Shown here piece after piece: positions 51,737-62,822 of a stretch of DNA of 64,000 nt; position 1 is the stretch's first letter; the number at the start of each line of letters is the position of its first letter. Both the position numbers and the translations under genes were made by a program. The DNA is taken from the NCBI GenBank assembly GCA_022813965.1, contig JALDZS010000054.1, forward strand, positions 1-64,000, in the 5' to 3' direction. This DNA comes from Toensbergia leucococca (Eukaryota). The notes beneath the pieces are model-generated. The model did no database searches and had not been told where the DNA came from. It saw nothing but the letters and a program-made list of their open reading frames with translations.

Positions 51737-54493
51737 ATGAACGTGTCATTCATTTGCCTTCGATGTCGTCACCGGATCGTGGCTAGACGATACCAGCTTC
51801 GCAGCTTGCGTCAAATTGGCTTCACCTCCCTGGACAACACCACAAGCACAGAGCGCAGCGATGTATTGCCTTCAAACGGAGCAAGAGATGACATTGCAAA
51901 GAGTCATTCTGGTCGAAAACGACGAGAGCCACATACTGGGATCGACAGCGTCCTTGAAAATCTCTTTACATCAACTGGGCGGGGCAAGCCTGTCCCTCCA
52001 GCAAAGTCTCCGTATTCCGGCACCATCAACGTTCCAGAAGACAGCGCTCCGCAGGCTACCAATACTCAGACATCTTTCGTCGGTGACCTCACCCAACTGA
52101 TTGACCAATTCTATGTGCAAAAGGCCCCGCCAGAAGAAGTCTGGGCCAATTGTGTAGAGCTACTCGGCCCGAAGGAAGAATGGAAAGAAAAATTGAGCTC
52201 AGACTCCACAAAAGCCACGCCAGCTGCATTCACGGATCGCAATATGATTGCTAGGACACAAGTGCTTCAAGATCTGCTGCTTGCAATCTGCCGAATGGGC
52301 TCACCAGACCCACAAGACCACCAAGTTCCGACACCTGCTATTGTCATTCAAACATACATGAATCGTGGCCTCATGAGATATTGGTGGCATCAGGTACTCT
52401 GGGCACAGCTTGGTGCCTTTCACCGACTGCTGGCTCAAGATGCTGGGGAAACGGCAGCTCCCTTGACTCAATCATCCTCCCAGCGAGCCATCAGAATTGT
52501 TCAAGACCTTGTCAATGTTTGGAATTTATTTTTCAATGTGTATGGTCCTGCCAAGGGAAAATCTTGGGGCCTAGCCTCAGTCAGAGAAAGCTCCGCAGAG
52601 GTCAATGTATTCAAATTTATGGAAGACTTTGTGAGAAGAAAGGCAGAAGATGGAAGCTATGACAAAATTGCTGCCACATCAACGTCCTCTCGGACCAGAC
52701 TCTCAGACGAGGTTTCAGATCGATTCCTCCAGCTCGTACCCAAGCACCTTAAAGCTTATCAAATTCCTGCCACTTCCGCAGCCGCAGTCATGAGCTTGGA
52801 ATGTATTCTTTTGCTCAAAGAGAGGTTAGGATACCTGGACTTACCATCTTTAAGTATTCAGTCTTATGTTTGCTTTGTAGAACGTCTCATCAGAGGTACT
52901 ACTATAAACCCCCAAATGGCAATAGACAGTCTTATGGGCGAAGGTATCTCGAGCGCTGCCTCTATTTCGACAGGTTTGCGTAACTTACATGAGCGGGCTA
53001 ATATACTACTTTCTCCTGTAAGAAATCAGGCCTCCTCGCCCCATGTGCATGATGAGAAAGATGTGCCTTCTGAGACGATCATTGTACCAAAGCGGTCACA
53101 GCCACCAGTCCGGCTGGATAGACTCCCTTCAAATCCTACTCTGAAGCAAATTTCAGAAGTTTTACAGATAGCGGTGAAGCAGTTCGATGCTTCATTGGCA
53201 ATTTACTCGTGGACCCACTTCTTACGCCGCTCACAGCAAGATCCTGTGGAAGAAATCGTGCTCCAACAATTGTATGCCACGTTCCTTACAGCGTTCTTTG
53301 GTATGGGCCACCCAGAGCGAGCAGTGGATGTCTGGAATCACATGGTCAAGGCAGGGAGTAAACCGAATGAGAGGCACTGGCAGGCTATGATTGTTGGGTG
53401 TACAAAGTCAAGAGATCTCCTCTCAATGAAAGATATTTGGCGTAAGATGAAGGCTGCGGGAATAAGGCCAGACATAGTATCTTGGACCGCCTGGATTCAC
53501 GGGCTGATGAGATGTAAAGATTGGCAGCTTGGAATACAAGCACTCGATGAGCTAAGCAGTATCTGGAAGCTAGCCCCAGAAGTGAAAGAGCACTCCGAGC
53601 CAACAAAATCAATAGCTCCAGTCAACGCTGCCATTTCTGGTCTCATAGCTCTCGGCAAGACTAAAGAAGCCCAGAATGTCTTCAATTGGGCCATAGCTCA
53701 GAATGTGAAGCCGGAAATAGCGACATTCAACATCATGCTTCGACCTGCTATCCGTGGGGATAGATCAGTAGACGTGCAGCGTATCCTTCAACAAATGCAA
53801 ACCCATGACTGCCAGCCTGACGTGGTCACCTTCGCCATAATTATCGACGGTCGTTTCCGCAACCCGACCAGCTCCTTCCACACCCAAACCCCAGAGGCTC
53901 AACAAAGGGCCCTGATGACCATCTTGCGAGAAATGGAATCGCAAGGTATCCAACCAAATGCCTATATCTACGGCATTATTCTCAACGGCCTCGAAGCCTC
54001 CAAACCCTTCAACGTCGCCGCTGCCCGTACCGTTCTTGACCACATGGCCACCAAGGAAATTAGGCCCTCCCCACACATCTACACCACCCTCATGACGCAC
54101 TACTTCTCCGCCGACCCCGCAGACCTCCCCGCTATTGACAGCCTTTGGAACCGCATCATAGCCGAGAACGGCATCGTCGACAACATCTTCTACGACCGCA
54201 TGATCGAAGGCTATGCCCGCGTCGGGGAGGCCGAAAGGATGCTGTTTTTTCTGAGGTTGATGCCGAAGAAGGGAAAGGTTCCTGGATGGGTGGCGCTGGT
54301 GGAAGTGTTGAGGGCGCTGGTGAGGACGGAGGAGTGGGATATGGTGCGGGATTTGGTGGTTGATGTTGAGAAGGAGAGTGGATTGTTTAAGCATGGGCAG
54401 AGGGGGGCGCAGGGGAAGGATGAGTTTTGGGGTCTGGTGCAGTTAGTGAGGGAGAGGGGGTGGGTGCCTGCAGGATTGGAAGGTGATGGCTAG
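51737..54493 (+). CDS. Mitochondrial pentatricopeptide-repeat (PPR) protein (CYA-5/Ppr4-like)
   Basis: Basic N-terminal presequence and repeated PPR motifs (VWNHMVKAGSKPNERHWQAMI, MKAAGIRPDIVSWTAWI, CQPDVVTFAIII, IQPNAYIYGIIL). 918-aa ORF. Confidence 0.88.
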   Translation: MNVSFICLRCRHRIVARRYQLRSLRQIGFTSLDNTTSTERSDVLPSNGARDDIAKSHSGRKRREPHTGIDSVLENLFTSTGRGKPVPPAKSPYSGTINVPEDSAPQATNTQTSFVGDLTQLIDQFYVQKAPPEEVWANCVELLGPKEEWKEKLSSDSTKATPAAFTDRNMIARTQVLQDLLLAICRMGSPDPQDHQVPTPAIVIQTYMNRGLMRYWWHQVLWAQLGAFHRLLAQDAGETAAPLTQSSSQRAIRIVQDLVNVWNLFFNVYGPAKGKSWGLASVRESSAEVNVFKFMEDFVRRKAEDGSYDKIAATSTSSRTRLSDEVSDRFLQLVPKHLKAYQIPATSAAAVMSLECILLLKERLGYLDLPSLSIQSYVCFVERLIRGTTINPQMAIDSLMGEGISSAASISTGLRNLHERANILLSPVRNQASSPHVHDEKDVPSETIIVPKRSQPPVRLDRLPSNPTLKQISEVLQIAVKQFDASLAIYSWTHFLRRSQQDPVEEIVLQQLYATFLTAFFGMGHPERAVDVWNHMVKAGSKPNERHWQAMIVGCTKSRDLLSMKDIWRKMKAAGIRPDIVSWTAWIHGLMRCKDWQLGIQALDELSSIWKLAPEVKEHSEPTKSIAPVNAAISGLIALGKTKEAQNVFNWAIAQNVKPEIATFNIMLRPAIRGDRSVDVQRILQQMQTHDCQPDVVTFAIIIDGRFRNPTSSFHTQTPEAQQRALMTILREMESQGIQPNAYIYGIILNGLEASKPFNVAAARTVLDHMATKEIRPSPHIYTTLMTHYFSADPADLPAIDSLWNRIIAENGIVDNIFYDRMIEGYARVGEAERMLFFLRLMPKKGKVPGWVALVEVLRALVRTEEWDMVRDLVVDVEKESGLFKHGQRGAQGKDEFWGLVQLVRERGWVPAGLEGDG

Positions 54494-54640
54494 GGAGGTT
54501 TGATGGCGGATGCGGCGTATCTGTACATGATCGAAACCTGAATATAAAAGTTCATAGGCGAAGCCATACAGTGCTTCCATTCCGCTAACAAATCGACCCG
54601 CCCCCTTCAACGACAGCAAACTTCCAACCAACCTACCGAG

Positions 54641-56571
54641 CTACTCATCCCCCACCTCCCCCTCCCCCTTCCCATCTTTCTCGCCCCCACTCCCCTCCAA
54701 TCCCTCAAACACCACAAACTTCTCCCCCTTCCCCTCCACCCCCTCGGGAACCACAAACCCCTCCTGAACCTCACACTCCCTCAACACACACCCACTCCCC
54801 ACCCTCGCCCTCCTCCCCACCACACACCCATGCAGCACCACCCGCTCCCCAACCACCACCCCCTCCATCAGCAGACACCGCGTCAACCTCGCTCCGGCTT
54901 TGATGTCGCAGTTGGCGCCGATGACGGACTCTTTGATGACGGCGCGCGGGGCGACGAGGACGTGGGTGTCTAGGAGGGTGGTGGGGGTTTGGATGGTTGT
55001 TTGGGTCTGGATTGGGGGGTGTGGGGTCGGGGAGGCGTTTTTGAGCGGGTGGGAGTATGGGTGTTGGGATTCGGGGGTTGGGGGGAGGAGGGCCAGGCGG
55101 AGGGAGTGGTGGAGGAGGAGGGCGGTTGTGTCTATGCGGGTGATTGGGGGGAGGTGGGGGGGGTGGAGGTAGGAGAGGAAGGGGGGGATGGGTTGGGGTG
55201 GGGGGGTTGGAGGGGTGGAGAGGGTGCTGGTGTGGGTGGTGCTGGTGCTGGCGAGGTCGATTTCTTCTTCCAGCGCGTTGCTGTGGTGGCTACTGGTGGT
55301 TTCGGGGTCCGTGTCGTCTGGTGCGCGGAAGATTTCGGGCAGGCTGAGTTTGGTTGCTAGGCCGGGCTGCCAGGTTGCTTTTGCCCAGGTGCCGACGACG
55401 TCTTCGCTGATGCTGTCGAGGGTAGGGTTGCGGGCGATGAGGGAGAGGGTCCAATGCGGGAAGAGGTAGATGTGCGCGTCGCGGTGGGTGGTGTGGAGGA
55501 TTATGCGCGGGTGGGTGCGGAGGAGGCGGTGGCGGATTGGGAAGGTTTTGCGGGAGTCGGTCGTGTCGTGAAGGGTGTCGGTTGTGGTTGAGTGGACCAG
55601 TTGCGAGATGTGGGGGCGGAGGGAGCCGCTGGGTGGGGGGACGCTGGGTGCTGGGAGCGGGGCGGTAATTAGGAAGTCTGTTTCTTCGCCTTTGATGCTG
55701 TCTGCGGTTTTGGTTTCAAACCATACCCCTAGGCCGCCTCTTCGGCCGCCCTTCTCGCCACCGAGCCCCATTTTTGGTCCGTTGTAGTCTATGGAGTCGG
55801 CGGTGGCGCCGCCGAGGCCGGCTTGGGTGATCATCCATGCCTCCAGGAGAGATTCACCTGGGATCTCGCAGAGCAGGTCGCAAGGGAGGATGAGGAAGTC
55901 GCTGGTTATGACGGTACGGATTTCAGGGATACGAAGGATTGAGGCTGTGACGGTGTCTTGAGATAGGGATTGCGGGGCGAGGATGGTGGGCTTGGGGGAG
56001 GGAAGGGAGGTTAGGTGAGGGTTTTGGGAGAGGGCTGCTTCGAGGGCGGGAGCGGAGGTTGGGGGGGTTATGAGGTGGATTGCTTGGGTGGGATGTTAGA
56101 ATGGCTAAGAGGTTTTTGAAAGACGTGTCCAAAATAATAAAGGAATATAAAAATAGTAGAGTCTCTTTCTTGTGGCATTTTTTTGCCATCACTGCAACTG
56201 ACAGGAGCCCTGGTGCTTGAAATTGAAGCCACAGAGTAGTTTAGTAGGCAATAGCAAGCATGTTGACATGGGAGCATCAGAAAATACTTCACAAATTCGT
56301 AGTAGATCGGTAACACCAACAGAGAATGAAAAAGATGTGAGAAGAAAAGGGATAAAACGAGCACACCTAATAGAAAGCGCAGAGAAAACATGTACGTACT
56401 TGATATACCCATGCGGTAACACCAATCCAAGGAATACCATACCATCGGCCTATTCGCAATTGGAATCAAAGCCTTTGGCATTGTGGCAGTGAAAGTATTC
56501 AAGGACAAGCCAGGCCCACAGAGTATGAGGGCCTGAAGGCCTGGAGAGGGCAGGGATAGAGCGTGAGGCAT
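54641..56571 (-). CDS. GCD1: Translation initiation factor eIF2B gamma subunit
   Basis: LQALILCGPG, PKALIPIANRPMVWYSLDWC, DFLILPCDLL, DAHIYLFP, C-terminal hexapeptide LbH repeats (IKESVIGANCDI...CLLMEGVVVG). Intron 56083-56399. Confidence 0.9.
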
Positions 56572-56954
56572 TGCAGCTGTCGTATTCAAAGTATTTTGGA
56601 GTTTGGTCTTCCTAGATGGCAGATTTAATTTCTAGAATATCCATAAGAGACCACATGAAGACGGCATACTGCTTCAATGGGTGAACGAGCTGCCATCTTT
56701 TCTATCCATCTCGTCTAATATTGAGGTTTTATGAATGAACCGTGGCATTCTCTGACAAAAACATCCAAGTACTGTATCAGCCCTGTGTCTACCCCTGCAT
56801 ACCTTATCTACCCCCTACCTTGTTTAGCCTGTGGGGCCAAGGGCGGAATCTCCCAGCCTCACTTCAAATCTACCGTTTTTGCCATTTCTTTCTCATGCCA
56901 TTCCTGTTACTTAGCTAACGACTAGGGCAATTGATTCCATCGCTGCAGAGTAAC

Positions 56955-58290
56955 ATGTCATATTCCTACGATCAATATGAACGGCAAACTCGCCGTCAAA
57001 CATATGGCGCGTCGTCGCGAAGAACCACTTTCGGCTACTGGATCCCTCTTGCCTTCACCGTGACAGCAGCAACCGTTGGCCTAGTCGCGTGGATCTGGAA
57101 TGAACGGAAGCACGATGACGATGAGTACAATGACAGGAAAGGAGATGGCCGTCCACCAGGGGGCTACAATGAAAATCTAGGACCCGGGGGAGTTCCTTAT
57201 CCAAACGGCCCTGGAACTTCACAAGTCGAAGATGAAAGTGTGATTACCCGTGTGTCTGGCGCACTTCGAAGAACTCCGAGCCCACAGCAGATCTTTGACG
57301 GTGCTAGTAAACGTGTCGTTGCAGGTGTGGCCGCTGCTGGGGCAGCCGTGGGGGGCGCCTTGTCATCGATTCGAGAGGAAGACAAGGACTTTGAAGATCA
57401 TTCGAGATGGTCAGAGGAAGCAGAAGGCCGAGTAGGCGGTCCAAATACTCAACGAGGGCCCGAGTCCCGAACAGTCGGAGATTCTTCGTCTGTTCGCAAT
57501 GCTCCTCCTTCCGGCATGAGGACCGGCGGCAAAAGGAAATCTGTCGCCATTGTCGTATCGGCAGAAACAGACTATCACCACAGGGAAGACGTCTCTTATC
57601 TGCAAGAGCATGCCGTGAGTTGTGAAGGCCCATTTCTCTTGATTAATGCTGCTGATCATCAATCTCTAGTCTATCTTATCCCATTTGCCTGCACACATCG
57701 ACTCTGAATCCCGAATCTTCGTCCTCATTTATGCCCCAGAACTTGAAAAGCATCCGTTGGCAACGCAGTCTGGACAGCCAGGCGCGTCACTCACCTCATC
57801 TTACTCGAACATCGGCCACGAAGACGCGAATACCCCTGGCGAAGACGCTGAGAGGCCCCTTTCGTCTATTGACCCTCGTCCGATTTCGTCTCCTCCCAGA
57901 TCTAAAATGTTTGATGCGCTCTACGCCCAAGCTCAAGCGATAGTTGAAAAAGACACCATGATCATGCCTTTCACGACCCCTACTGGTCACGTTCATCTCC
58001 TCCGTCATCTTGGCCCGGAAATAGTCTACATTCAAGCAACACTGGCCGGCCCTGGTGGAGATGCAGTAAGCCACATCTCTGGCTGGGTAGGCCAAGTAGT
58101 TCTTGTTGTGGGCGATGAAAGTGGACATGGAGGTTTAGTCGACAGTGAGGATGAAAGAGGAGCTTCAGGTGATGAGAAAGATAGGTGGTGGCAAAACGAC
58201 TCTAGGATAGGTCTGGGCAAGGGTATAGAAGTTGTCGAAGGACTGCGGGTTGGCGAGGATTGGAGGAGGAGGGTTGGTGGTCATGACTAG
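56955..58290 (+). CDS. Peroxin-22-like membrane protein (Pezizomycotina type)
   Basis: N-terminal TM GYWIPLAFTVTAATVGLVAWIW; intron ~57615-57669; SILSHLP, PFTTPTGHVHLLRHL, GGLVDSEDE, RVGEDWRRRV. Family assignment is from recall. Confidence 0.7.
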
Positions 58291-58979
58291 ACAACAATGA
58301 GGATATATGCAAGTGGATTCGCGTCGATGCTTTCTTTTTTTCTGATTCTATCGGAGAATTGGCCTACGATGCTTATCTGTTTAATGAATTTACCAGATCA
58401 TCCAACGCAGGCAGCCGCATGTGGTTAGTATCCAATTCGTTCCAGATATCGCTGGTAGTTTGATGTTCATCGTGCACTTTTACCATATATTTTTATATTG
58501 TACAGATTTATCACGATGTACAGATTTCTCAAACCAGGGCTGTGGGCAAAATTGGTTCCAATTATACTACTCCCTAGGTATGCTAAGATTTGAGGTCTGT
58601 TAATGTGATCTGTTCTACGGGACAGTGTATTGCATATTGACCCAAAAGTGACGTTGTAGTCTACCGCAGCAGTTGGACCTCATGACATTTTTGTGAGGTT
58701 CTCTATGAATGTGCCCAATCCAGCCAGTCATCAAACAAAGGCCGACGACGACTTTTCAAATCCGACCCTGTCGTTGGCATAGCTTGTCTCTGCTTCAGAA
58801 TGGCGCAAGAACATGTCGCATCCATGGATACTGCTGCTTACATGTGACATGTGTAAGGTTTCGACGCTGCACGCACTGAAGGGTTTTGGAGCGTTGTGCT
58901 TGTGAAGGCCCGCATCGTCGACAGTACCCACCTTCCTGGGCCTGGTCGAACCTTTCTCACCGCGATAATCGCAGACATC

Positions 58980-61855
58980 ATGGCGACTGCCATCGCTACC
59001 AAACCTACAGCGCCCCACCAGAAGATCAAGCGCCCACCCCCCCCATTAGTCCAGACAAATCCTATTGGTGCCAACGGTTTTTCTCAACCCTCCCCTTTAC
59101 CCTCAATTAGCTCCAAGAGACCCCCCTCCGGCTTCAAGCACCCCCCAATTACAAATGCGGTGAACGGAGTTAATGGCCCGGTGAATGGAGGTGGTCCCCG
59201 CATTAGCAATCGGCGAAGGGAATCTCACAAGCCTGGGGATCCTCAGGGACGCCCAATCAGAAGCGGCAAAGGCTTACACAGTGAAGGTTTCGTTCTTGAT
59301 CGAAAAAGTATCAAGAGGATGCCCGAGCCCTATGGTACGCCAACTTACACATCTGCCTTTTGTACATTGTCCAGCTAATCATGTTACCTATTCTAGTTAG
59401 AAATACTGAGTACATTCTGAAGAAGTTCTCAACAAGGCCTCCCTCGCTCATCATTCATCTCCACCCCACACATTTTCGGTTCGATCAGCAAGATGGTAGC
59501 TTTTCATATAATTCGTCCATGAAGATTATTCTCGAGCACATAAAGTCCCAAACGATTCCTCATGATTTGCTTGAGGAACTCTTCAACTCTGCTGTCAGAT
59601 TCTATGAGGGTAGATGCTGTTCCTTGAGTCGGGTTGGACTTTAAGCTAATGACAGGTACTTAGGGAGCCTTATTGTCCAAATCCAGGATCATAGGAATGC
59701 ATCGACTACCTCCCAGTCCGCTTTGAAAACCACAACGGGTGATAAGAACATACCATTCTCTCTGCATAATTACAACGAACACGTCACGCCTTCACCCTTC
59801 GTACCATATCCACAATTAAGTAATATTAGCAAGGTCAATGGAGAAGTAGGCACATCTGAGGCTCCACCTAATGGCGTAGCTGCAGAAGAGGGCAAAGAAA
59901 ATGAGAATACAAAGAAAAAACCTCTGAAAGGTCCAAGAATATTCACTACTGTGCTTTTCTCTACTCCAATGTGTGTATCGGAGGAAGTCAGAATCTACGC
60001 CTCCACACCCGATCCCCGTACGAACAATCGCAGGCAATCTTCGACAAGCGGACTGAGTCGTACTCCTGCTTCTTCAACAATGCCTCATCCTCAGACTCCA
60101 TTATCTGCAGTACCGCAAACACCGTCTGCTTCTGCACCTGCAGCGAAAAAGCAAAAGATGATCGTCAGCGGAAAGGAGATTCACAGCTTCGAAAGCAGCA
60201 TACTGGCGGCTACCTCTGTTCCATTGTATCTAGAACCTGTGGACAACCTTCAAGATGCGCAGAAAATCATCCAAACGTTGACAGATCCGCTTCATCACAA
60301 GCATCTACCTTCGCCTAAGACTCGGAAGAGGACTGTCGCTGAACTAGCTGCCGATGAAGCTCTTGCAGCGCAGGAGCAGCGATACATGCTTATCATGGAT
60401 GAAAGACATGCAAATACATCATCGAGTGCTGTTGGTAGTAATTCTGCTGTTACCAACGGGGAAACTGGCGCGGTGTCCTTTGAACCAAATTTCGAAAGAT
60501 TTAAGACTCTGGAAAACATCAAGGCAGAACATCAGCAAAGAACAAGAGAAGAACAGGAAGCCAAAAGTCAGCTGGTTGCCCACCAAGCAGCTGCCAAAGC
60601 TAGGGCAGAATTGGCCGAACGAGAAAAAGCTGCTAATGACCACAAATTAGGAGAAATAGCCAAAAAGGAGAATCAGATGCGCCAGTATCAAGCTCAGCAG
60701 TCCCGAGCTAACCTCGTGGCTATGCAACAGCAACACATACAGGCTAGCCAAAATGCGAACACACATTCCCACCCGAGCGTGAATGGTATGATATCAAATG
60801 CTCAGCAACAGCAACTTTTACAAGCGTCGCAAACTCAACACTCGTCGCCGATAGTACGTAATCGTACGCCGCATATCAGCTCCTCACCTTTGCTTGGAAA
60901 TGTGCAAAGTGGTCAAAGTCTGCCTATGAACATCACCTCGTCCGGCCAAGGCGGTAGCCCAGCACGTCCACCTTCGGCTCTGCAACATGCTCACCCTGGC
61001 GTTGCAGCGGCGATGGCAACCCAACGTAGCCAGCAATCTATGAGTCGAAATGGAACACCGCAGATGCCGAACGGTACACCAAGCCTACAGCAAGCCACAC
61101 CAGTAATACGGCACGTCACACCGACAGCCCGAATCAACCACAGAAGCCCATCAAATCCATCCATGACTCACACGCCAGTCATGAACCAGAACATCATGGC
61201 AACTCCTCACCTCAACGGCCAGCAACTTGCGCAGCAACAGCATCAAATGCTTATGCAGCAACGACTCCAGCAACAACAACAACAACAACAGCAACAGCAG
61301 CAGCAACAACAACAACAGCAACAACAACTCCAAGGCTCCTCGCCTAATCCCCAGGCTTCCCCTGCAAATCTCCAACAATACGCTACCCAGCAAGCACACG
61401 CCGCCCAGCATCATCAGCAACGCCAACACCAAGAAGCTTATCAGCAACAAATGCGCTCTCACATGCAGCAGCAAATGTCATCCCTCCAAAACGCGCCCCA
61501 AAACCAACCCATTCCCCCCCAGCAACAACAACCGACCCATCCCCAGAATCAACACCCGCAACAAGCACGCTCCATTAGCACCCCCCAGCAATTCCTGCAG
61601 CAAGCTCAATCGCGCTATTTCCGCCAATTCATCGCCCAGCTCCAGGAACAATACGGCGCTAATTTGTCACAGCAGCTGGTACAGCACGCGCAGATGAAGG
61701 CAATGAATATGGCACAACAACAACTGCATGCTCAGCAACAGAAGGCCGTGCAGGCGCGACAGCAGCAGCAACAGCAGCAGCAGGCTATGATGGCACAGAT
61801 GGCGAGTATGAACGGCGGGGGTGTGAATGGAGGAATGATGGGGGGAATGGGATAA
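58980..61855 (+). CDS. SPT20: SAGA complex subunit Spt20
   Basis: YILKKF..PPSLIIHLHPTHFRFDQQDGSFSYNS, IPHDLLEEL, FYEG|SLIVQIQDHR, PFSLHNYNEHVTPSP, RKRTVAELAADEA; Q-rich tail. Two introns. Confidence 0.9.
61268..61327 (+). repeat. CAA/CAG trinucleotide tract encoding 20 consecutive Gln in Spt20
   Basis: Directly visible. Confidence 0.95.
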
Positions 61856-62449
61856 TTTTTGAAGGCGGCGGGGTAGAAGAATCAACGAAGCGATGTATTG
61901 TTTTAGACGGAGGTCAATGAATCGGGATTTTTGTATGATGAGGTAACGAAGATTCAGCAGGGCCAAAGGCGTTGATCGATTTTGCGCTTTGCACGGAAGG
62001 GTGGCGAACACGGGCGTTTCACACGTTGGTTGGCGTTATTGGGGGGACTTTTGCAAGAAATGACACTGGCTGATTTTTTGGAGAAGGGGTTTATGGCTTG
62101 TTGATATCGGCTTCTATGGTGAATTGTTTTGACTTATTGTTTGCACTGTTTTATCCTCTTGTAGCGTTTGCGAGGACATTTCTAATGGGTAAAGCTTTTA
62201 TTCTTTTTGGAACTTGTGTTGTACTACTATCTCTGTCTAGTATTTGAGTTAGCTAAAGTGAATAGAGTACATGATTGAAGTGGTTATTTTCCCGACAATC
62301 TAGGCTTCTCAGTCTAGAGTCTCTGGGTTTTTGACGGAATGTAACCATAGCTATGTGAGTGATCTCATGATGAACTGACTGATTAGGCCTAGCGCTTTGA
62401 TAGGGTTTGGCAATATTTCCATGACATTTGATAATTTTCTTCAGCTTTT

Positions 62450-62775
62450 GCTCCTAGTTTATTAGGAAATGTTTACCTGAAGTTCTTGTCAAGATATGTT
62501 TTTTAAACAACATGCACATAATAGTACATGTGTTTTGAATGCAAAATTTTCTTCTTTTTGTATGAATAAATGTAACAGTGACAAGAAAATCTTTTCTTTG
62601 AGTATCAAGAGCAGTATGTATGTCATTTGACTGCTTCTTTAAAAGACTGTGAGAAGATGAGGGTAAAGAAAAGAGTGATGATTCTGTCTTAGAGAGCTGT
62701 CTCATAATACTTGATATGATGATTCACATCAGTAACATTCACTTCAACATTCTCTGACTGACATACTTGACCTCC
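62450..62775 (-). other. AT-rich CpG-depleted degenerate coding relic (RIP-like)
   Basis: Essentially no CpG; one minus frame is protein-like but has scattered stops. Confidence 0.4.
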
Positions 62776-62822
62776 AGAAGTAAATATGCATCCATCCTGT
62801 TCTTCTCTGTAGGCAACACAAA

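Noticed and set aside
54900..55787. Gly/Trp/Val-rich + strand ORFs
   Set aside because: Antisense shadows of the C-rich GCD1 coding strand.
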